In this document: positions 58,110-64,000 of the stretch, in pieces
Position numbering within the stretch: the stretch's first letter is position 1
How the letters are laid out: every line of letters begins with the position of its first letter
DNA from: a bacterium
GTDB taxonomy: Bacteria > UBA8248
NCBI GenBank assembly: GCA_965221165.1
Contig: CBDCRP010000003.1
Location: 1,472,001 to 1,536,000 of the forward strand
Direction of reading: 5' to 3'
DNA length: 64,000 nt
The notes under the pieces: generated by a model
The model's input: the letters and a program-made list of their open reading frames with translations, nothing else
Told to the model about the DNA's origin: nothing
Databases searched by the model: none
Translations under genes and position numbers: made by a program

Positions 58110-59138
58110 TCAGTTCTCTATCTCGATCACCGCCCGTAGCGTGCCGCCGTCCCCACCCGCATCGATGAACTCGAAGCCTTTTTGAATGTCATCGAGCGCG
58201 AAGTGGTGCGTCACGAGGGGTTCCAGGTCGATTTGCCCGGTCGCCACCAGGCGGATGGCCCGCTCGAAATCCTCCGGCAGACCCGCGCGCGAGCCGATGA
58301 CGGTCAGATCCTTGAAATAGTAGGCCTGGCCCGGCACCCCGTCGACCCGGGTCGGTCCGATGCCGAATTGCAGGATGACGCCGCCCGGGCGCACCATCTC
58401 ATAAGCCTGCACCATGGTCTGGGCGGCTCCGGCCGTCTCGATCACCACGTCGGCCCCAAGGCCGTCGGTAAGCTCGCGCACGGCTTCGACGGGGTCCACC
58501 TCGCCCGCCGGCACGATTTCATCCGCACCCATTTCCTTGGCCACTTCGAGCTTCCACTTGCTTCTCGTCACTGCGATGACGGATTCCGCGCCCGAGGCTT
58601 TCGCCAACTGCGTATGGAGCAGGCCGCTGCTCCCCTGCCCCAGAACGGCTACCCTAGAGCCGGGAATATAGGACGCCTTCCTCTGGCTGTAGACGACCGT
58701 GTAGAGACCCACGAAGTTCGTCGCCGCCGCGAAACTCACATGCCCGGGGAAGGCGAAGGCTTCCGTTTCGCGCACCGAGATATACTCGGCGAAAGTGCCG
58801 GGCACCTCGCGGCCACGCAAGCCGCCGTTTAAGCAGATGTTCGTCAGCCCGCGCACACAGTAAAAGCACGAACCGCAACTGGAGAGCGGATTCAGCACCA
58901 CCCTGTCGCCAACTTTCAAGCGGGTGACGCTCTCGCCTACCTGCTCCACCGTGCCCGTACACTCGTGGCCGGGAATCAGGGGGATGCGCGCGGGCATCTT
59001 CCCCGCCCAGATGGATACGTCGGTGCCGCAGATGGCCGAAGTCGCCACGCGCACCAGCACGTGGTCTGCGGGAAGGCCGGGGTCGGGCTGATCGCCCACG
59101 CTCATAGCCCTTATTTTTTCAAGCAAAGCCGCTTTCAT
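58110..59138 (-). CDS. Zn-dependent MDR alcohol dehydrogenase
   Basis: ICGTD, GHE, CGSCFYC..NIC, GQGSSG. Confidence 0.92.
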   Translation of the reverse strand: MKAALLEKIRAMSVGDQPDPGLPADHVLVRVATSAICGTDVSIWAGKMPARIPLIPGHECTGTVEQVGESVTRLKVGDRVVLNPLSSCGSCFYCVRGLTNICLNGGLRGREVPGTFAEYISVRETEAFAFPGHVSFAAATNFVGLYTVVYSQRKASYIPGSRVAVLGQGSSGLLHTQLAKASGAESVIAVTRSKWKLEVAKEMGADEIVPAGEVDPVEAVRELTDGLGADVVIETAGAAQTMVQAYEMVRPGGVILQFGIGPTRVDGVPGQAYYFKDLTVIGSRAGLPEDFERAIRLVATGQIDLEPLVTHHFALDDIQKGFEFIDAGGDGGTLRAVIEIEN

Positions 59139-59269
59139 GAAATTCTCCGTCCGAACATGAGATACGTTTTTGGAAAATAGGAATCGCTTACGCCCAAGAA
59201 TACGGCATTGAGCCGATATGGAAAAGCGGGTTATGGGACTAATACCAAAAGCCCGAAATTCCCGTAGGA

Positions 59270-59998
59270 TTATCCCTCCTCGCGCTCTTCGTTTCTCACG
59301 ACTTTTGATAACGCTGAAGCGACAATACCTGCCGGTATGGCTACGACGCCAAGGCCGCATATCAAAATGACGAAAGTGAACAGCTTGCCTCCCACCGTCA
59401 CGGGATAGGCGTCGCCGTAGCCTACAGTCGTGAGCGTAATCAAGGCCCACCAGAGACTATGGACGATTGAGCCGAAACTCTCCGGTTGGCATTCGTGTTC
59501 GAAATAGTAGATGCCGACCGCCGAAAGGTAGAGAAGTATTATCGTGGCGAACAGGAAGATCATTATTTCTTCTTTGGCGAGCGACATGGCCTTCCCGAAC
59601 CGCGCCATAGCTCTGTTGTAGCGTGCGAGTTTGAAGAGACGGAAAATGCGGAACAATCGAAAAGCGCGGGCCGCGCGAAGATCGAACCCGGCAAACAGAC
59701 CGAATCCAACCGTAAGGTAAAACGGGAGAATGGCGACCAAGTCGATTATTCCGTGAAAGCTGAAGATGTAACCCCTCAACTTCGGCGCGGTCGCTATGCG
59801 AAGAACGTACTCGATGGTGAACAGAACGACCGTAATCCTCTCGAAAATATGGAACGCTCGTTTCTCAGCAGGGGACCAGCCGGGGAGCGTTTCGATGGTC
59901 AGCGCGATGATCGAGGAGATGATCAGGAAAAACACGACGGAATCGAACGCGCGGCCCGCCTTCGTATCGGAGCCTTGCACAATGTCTCTTATGCTCAT
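59270..59998 (-). CDS. 6-TM potassium channel (ion transport family)
   Basis: S4 RAFRLFRIFRLFK, TTVGYGD selectivity filter. Confidence 0.92.
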   Translation of the reverse strand: MSIRDIVQGSDTKAGRAFDSVVFFLIISSIIALTIETLPGWSPAEKRAFHIFERITVVLFTIEYVLRIATAPKLRGYIFSFHGIIDLVAILPFYLTVGFGLFAGFDLRAARAFRLFRIFRLFKLARYNRAMARFGKAMSLAKEEIMIFLFATIILLYLSAVGIYYFEHECQPESFGSIVHSLWWALITLTTVGYGDAYPVTVGGKLFTFVILICGLGVVAIPAGIVASALSKVVRNEEREEG

Positions 59999-60077
59999 TG
60001 GTTGGGTCCTCTTTTAAAAGCTCGTGATATTTGAAGTAGTGCACCGCCGGGCGACGGCGTAAAGGATATTCGCGTAT

Positions 60078-61241
60078 TCAGCGCGCCTCGAAGAAGCGGC
60101 GCACGGCGTGGTTTGCTGCGAAGCGGCCGTCTATGGCGTCGCGCAGCCAGTCGGCCACCATGAGGTAGAAATCGGGCAGGCGTCCGCCCATCGTGTGGGT
60201 TTCGTTCTCATAGACCCAAAGCTCCTTGGGGCCGCCCAGAAGATCGAAGAGCCGCTCGGCGTCCTCCAGCGGACAAAGCTCGTCGAACTCGCCCATCGCA
60301 AGGAGCGTGGGGCACCTGATGTCGCCCGCGATGTGCTCCAGCGTCATCTCCTCGGCCATGGCGTCGAAGGCGTCCTCGTCATAGGTGTCGGACATGTACT
60401 TGTAGTTCGCGCGATACGCGGGCTTCCCGCTCTTGAAGATGGAGTCTTTTTGAAGGTAGACGCCCATCGCGCCCACGCACGCTTTTAAGCGCGCATCGTG
60501 CGCCGCCACGCGCGGCCCCCAGTAGCTGCCCATGCTCCAGCCGTAAAGGCCGATTTTATCTGAGTCCACCTCGGAGCGAGATTCCAAGAAATCGATGGCC
60601 GCAGAGCCCGCACGCTCGAAATTATCGAGCGTCACCCAGGTCTCGCGCGTGTTGCTCTCCCCCTGGCCGGGGCCGTCGATGCTGAGCGTGGCGAGGCCGC
60701 GCCGCCTGAAATGGTTGTGGTAGGGATTGGGGAGAAATTCCTTGATGGTGTCCATCCCCGGCACGATGATGACGCAAGGCGCATTTTCGACCCCCGGCAC
60801 GGTTTGCAGGATTCCAGGAATGGTCTTTCCGTTCTCGAAGGGAATCTCCACGCGCTCGACGGGCGCTTCATCGAACAACTCGATGAACTTCTCGTAGCAG
60901 GCGATCATCCTGGCATAAAGTTCGAGCTTCCGGGGGGTGTTCTTGTGGATGACGCCACAAGCGGGGCCGTAATACAGCGCGGCCCTGTGGTAGAACTCGG
61001 CCGCCGATTCCCGGTGGCCTGCGGCCTCGGCTTCTCTTGCGAGCGCTTCCTCCTGAGCGGCGGTGCGCGCCCATTCCTTGGGCACGGAGCCGGGCGTCTT
61101 GATGCGCTCGGTGGTTCTCCTCACGTCGGCGGGCCTAAAGCCCCACTCCACGTACATCACCGAGCGGAAGGCGTAGACGTCGTGAACCTTGTAGAATTCC
61201 TCCGTCACCCACTGCTGGCCGCGGCGGCTCCCCTCGTCCAT
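60078..61241 (-). CDS. Alpha/beta hydrolase (2,6-dihydroxypseudooxynicotine hydrolase/FrsA-like)
   Basis: PGMDTIKE, DGPGQGE, GWSMG nucleophile, C-terminal His. Confidence 0.85.
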   Translation of the reverse strand: MDEGSRRGQQWVTEEFYKVHDVYAFRSVMYVEWGFRPADVRRTTERIKTPGSVPKEWARTAAQEEALAREAEAAGHRESAAEFYHRAALYYGPACGVIHKNTPRKLELYARMIACYEKFIELFDEAPVERVEIPFENGKTIPGILQTVPGVENAPCVIIVPGMDTIKEFLPNPYHNHFRRRGLATLSIDGPGQGESNTRETWVTLDNFERAGSAAIDFLESRSEVDSDKIGLYGWSMGSYWGPRVAAHDARLKACVGAMGVYLQKDSIFKSGKPAYRANYKYMSDTYDEDAFDAMAEEMTLEHIAGDIRCPTLLAMGEFDELCPLEDAERLFDLLGGPKELWVYENETHTMGGRLPDFYLMVADWLRDAIDGRFAANHAVRRFFEAR

Positions 61242-61248
61242 AAAAGAC

Positions 61249-61971
61249 CTAAGCGCGGCGGGCAGGAGCCAGATGCTCGCGCATCAACGCGCCGCCTTTT
61301 GATGCTTCTCCCTCAAAACCCGCCGCACGGAGCGTATGCCACATAGCCGTGGTGTTGCTCGTGAGCACGGGCTTTCCGAGCGCGGCTTCCAGCTTGTCGA
61401 CCGATTCGAGCGACCTGAAATTCGTACAGCTGATGAATATGCCGTCCGCCTCCGCGCAATCCACCTCGCGCGCCAGGGCTTCGGAGTTCTCGGGCGGCAG
61501 GAAGGCGGGGCACTCGACGTTCTGGCCCTTCTCGGCCACCACCTCGATTCCCTTTTCCTTGAGGAAAGTGGTGAGCCTCTCGTTCAGCCATTTTGGATAG
61601 GGCGAGGCGAGCGCCACCTTGGCGACGCCCATCTCGCGCATGGCCTCGGTGAGGGCGGTGGAGGTCGTCGTGGCGGGGATGCCGGTGCGCTCCCTAATCA
61701 CCTCGATGATGTCCTCATCCATGCCCGGACGCACGAAGCTGCCGCCCGTACAGCCGAAGCAGATGGCGTCGAGACTCGCGTGGCCGAGCAGATCGGCGAT
61801 TTCGGGCACCACCTCTATCATGTGCAGGAGGGTTTCCTCCTCATCATCCGTGTGGGCGATGCGGGTGAAGTGGACAGATACGCCCTCGGGCGCCATGCGC
61901 TGGCATTCGTACTCCATCACCGTGTTCCAGGATGGGACGATGATGCCGAGCTTTTTCTTCCAATCCGTCAT
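61249..61971 (-). CDS. Maleate isomerase / Asp-Glu racemase family
   Basis: GIIVPSWNTVME, GCTGGS and SCTNF two-Cys pair, GKPVLTSN. Confidence 0.88.
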   Translation of the reverse strand: MTDWKKKLGIIVPSWNTVMEYECQRMAPEGVSVHFTRIAHTDDEEETLLHMIEVVPEIADLLGHASLDAICFGCTGGSFVRPGMDEDIIEVIRERTGIPATTTSTALTEAMREMGVAKVALASPYPKWLNERLTTFLKEKGIEVVAEKGQNVECPAFLPPENSEALAREVDCAEADGIFISCTNFRSLESVDKLEAALGKPVLTSNTTAMWHTLRAAGFEGEASKGGALMREHLAPARRA

Positions 61972-62050
61972 GGGATGTCCTCCGTGTGGGGAGCCTGAAT
62001 CCGTGTGATTGAGCAATGATAAAGAAGGCGGGGGTCCAAGTCCATCGCGC

Positions 62051-62088
62051 AAAAAAGAAAAGGACGGCCCTCGTGAGCCGCCCTTTCC
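62051..62088 (-). terminator. Putative intrinsic terminator
   Basis: Minus strand AAAGGGCGGC-TCACGAGG-GCCGTCCTTTTCTTTTTT downstream of the DRE-TIM gene. Confidence 0.6.
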
Positions 62089-62195
62089 AGCCAGTTTTCA
62101 ACCCGTGAGCCGGGGCGGAGAATCAAGGCGCAAGGTATCCGGTCGGCGAATCCCGCCGCCTCGTTCATCCGCCCTACACGGGAACGGGATGAAAA

Positions 62196-63416
62196 CTATT
62201 CCGCTCCCGCCAGTTCCTTGAACTCGTCCATCGTGAGCAGGCGATGGAGATTCAGGGATTTTTCCTTCACGTCCATCAGAAGCGCCATCTTCTCTTCTTC
62301 GGACGCCGTGATGCCCAACTGCTCGAGGAACAGGTTGATCGAATCGATGCCGCTGCCCTTGCCGATGACGGGTTCTGGCTCTTTCTGGCCGACGAGGCCG
62401 GCGCGGAAGGGCACGAGTTCGGTCGGGAAATCCTTCTCGCAGTTCTTGAGCCAGCTCACGATGATGCCGCTCTCGATGTCGTAGAGGTTGTCGCCCACGA
62501 CGCAGCGGTTCGGCGCCAGGCTGATGCGCCCGCACTCCTGCACGAGCCGTGAGACCTCGGTGAACTTTTCGGTCTTGAGGCCCATGTCGACGCCGTACAT
62601 GGTCAGCATGGCCAGGGCCAGTTCCTCATACGCCGCGTTGCCCGCGCGCTCCCCGATGCCGCTCACCGACGTCTGCGCCACCTGGCAGCCCTCGGCCATC
62701 GCCATCAGCGTGTTGGCCACGCCCATTCCGTAGTCGTCATGGAAATGGGGCTCGAAGGGCTCGTCCGGGAAGACCTCGCGCATCTTCTTGATGACGTAGG
62801 GCACGGTGTGCGGGCTCAGCACGCCGAAGGTGTCCACGATGGCGAGCGCGTCCATGTGGCCTTCGGTCGCCACCTTCTTCAGCAGGCCCAGCACCCAGTC
62901 GAGCGGGGCGCGTGAGAAGTCGATCGGGAAGAACACGGTATAGAGGCCGCACTCCTTCGCCACCTGCGTGGCCTTCACCGAGGTGTCAATGGCCTTGTCG
63001 AGTTCCCACTTATAGGCGCGCTCGATCATGTGCGTGGAGCTGGGCACTTCCATGACGACGCCCTTCACGCCCGTGTCGGCGGAGCGCTTCACGTCGTCGG
63101 CCATGCAGCGCGCAAAGCTGAACACCTCGGTGTCCGAGCCTTCCAGGCGTTTGACGATCTCGCGAATCGCCGCCTCGTCCGAGGGCGAGACCACGGGCAT
63201 GCCGGCCTCGATGCGGTGTACGCCCGTTTCGGCGAGGGCTTCGGCGATCCGGATCTTCTCATCCTTGTTGAACATGACGCCCGCTTGCTGCTCCCCGTCC
63301 CTGAGAGTCACGTCGTGAATTTTGGGATGGGGGTCGAAATTGATATTGGAGGTCACCTCGCCCTCGAAATTCCACGGGCTGGTGAACCACATATCGGTGT
63401 TCCAGGGATCGCTCAT
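62196..63416 (-). CDS. DRE-TIM metallolyase (LeuA/homocitrate synthase-like, no regulatory domain)
   Basis: DVTLRDGEQ, HFHDDYG, GIGERAGNA, ESGI. Confidence 0.88.
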   Translation of the reverse strand: MSDPWNTDMWFTSPWNFEGEVTSNINFDPHPKIHDVTLRDGEQQAGVMFNKDEKIRIAEALAETGVHRIEAGMPVVSPSDEAAIREIVKRLEGSDTEVFSFARCMADDVKRSADTGVKGVVMEVPSSTHMIERAYKWELDKAIDTSVKATQVAKECGLYTVFFPIDFSRAPLDWVLGLLKKVATEGHMDALAIVDTFGVLSPHTVPYVIKKMREVFPDEPFEPHFHDDYGMGVANTLMAMAEGCQVAQTSVSGIGERAGNAAYEELALAMLTMYGVDMGLKTEKFTEVSRLVQECGRISLAPNRCVVGDNLYDIESGIIVSWLKNCEKDFPTELVPFRAGLVGQKEPEPVIGKGSGIDSINLFLEQLGITASEEEKMALLMDVKEKSLNLHRLLTMDEFKELAGAE

Positions 63417-63534
63417 CTCATGATTCTCCTATTCGCCTTTTCGGGAGGCGATTTCCCCTGCGCATCAAAAAAAATATAAGCGGCTCCCGCCCGCGCCCCA
63501 GGCGGCGGTGGCGTGGACGGGAAACTTTCAGCCG

Positions 63535-64000
63535 CTATTCGGGCAACTCGAAGCGAGGCTCGCCGCGCGATTTCGCCGAGAAATCGAAGTACGGCGAATC
63601 CTCGATGCACTCGTCGTAGTGCGAGGAGCCGGTGAAGACGACGGGGCCGTCGGGGCCGACGAGCACGTTCTCTTCCAGACGCACCGTCTGCGGGAGTCCG
63701 GGGTGGCCTGCGAACGTCTCGATGGCGAAGTACATGTTCTCCTTGATCTCCACGGGATAATCGAGGCTGTACGCCCGGCTAATCCACATGCCCTCATAGA
63801 GATCGAGACCAATGGAGTGCGCGAACTGCTGGAGCGTCACCGTGCCGTATTTGTCATCGGCGTAGACGGGGAACTGCGAGGCCACGTCCTTGGAGGTCTT
63901 GCCCGGCACGAGCTGGCTCATGCCCGCATACATGGTGTCGTAGACCTCTCTGTAGAGCTCTTTTTCCTTCTTCGTCCAGCCGCCGCCGCACTTGAAGCAG
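63535..64000 (-). CDS. M24 (Xaa-Pro peptidase-like) protein, 5' part outside the window
   Basis: AHSIGL..YE, FAIET, VRLEENVLV. Confidence 0.85.
   Translation of the reverse strand, partial: CFKCGGGWTKKEKELYREVYDTMYAGMSQLVPGKTSKDVASQFPVYADDKYGTVTLQQFAHSIGLDLYEGMWISRAYSLDYPVEIKENMYFAIETFAGHPGLPQTVRLEENVLVGPDGPVVFTGSSHYDECIEDSPYFDFSAKSRGEPRFELPE

Overview
GC-rich bacterial chromosome segment. kdsD implies a diderm; the dense TAXI-TRAP, acyl-CoA dehydrogenase and SDR content would fit a Nitrospinota/Tectomicrobia-like heterotroph, but that taxonomy is inference only. Housekeeping core: polA-metallophosphoesterase-rnr-smpB-small membrane gene-ssrA (tmRNA), kdsD, yebC-ruvCAB, ppk1-ppx and nfuA. 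Downstream of ssrA, a 63-bp duplication of the tmRNA 3' end brackets a 1.2-kb integrase-less cassette carrying only a NYN-LOTUS RNase gene. Beyond it is an AT-rich island with a Type IIG-like restriction-modification gene split into three ORFs and a decayed hicAB relic. The rest is catabolic clusters of unknown substrate: (i) an intact + degenerate pair of MBL-fold proteins with an atypical ACAD, RidA and twin methyltransferases; (ii) two TAXI-TRAP systems with a DapA-like aldolase; (iii) a B12 acyl-CoA mutase with a remodelled active site, next to a CoA-transferase, HAD phosphatase, crotonase and a 3-sulfinopropionyl-CoA desulfinase homolog; (iv) tandem bicupins with a Zn-dehydrogenase; (v) M24, DRE-TIM, maleate-isomerase-like and alpha/beta hydrolase genes. 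REP-like palindromes occupy several intergenic gaps. No CRISPR array, rRNA, tRNA, integrase or transposase was seen. All family calls come from motif recognition, not database searches.
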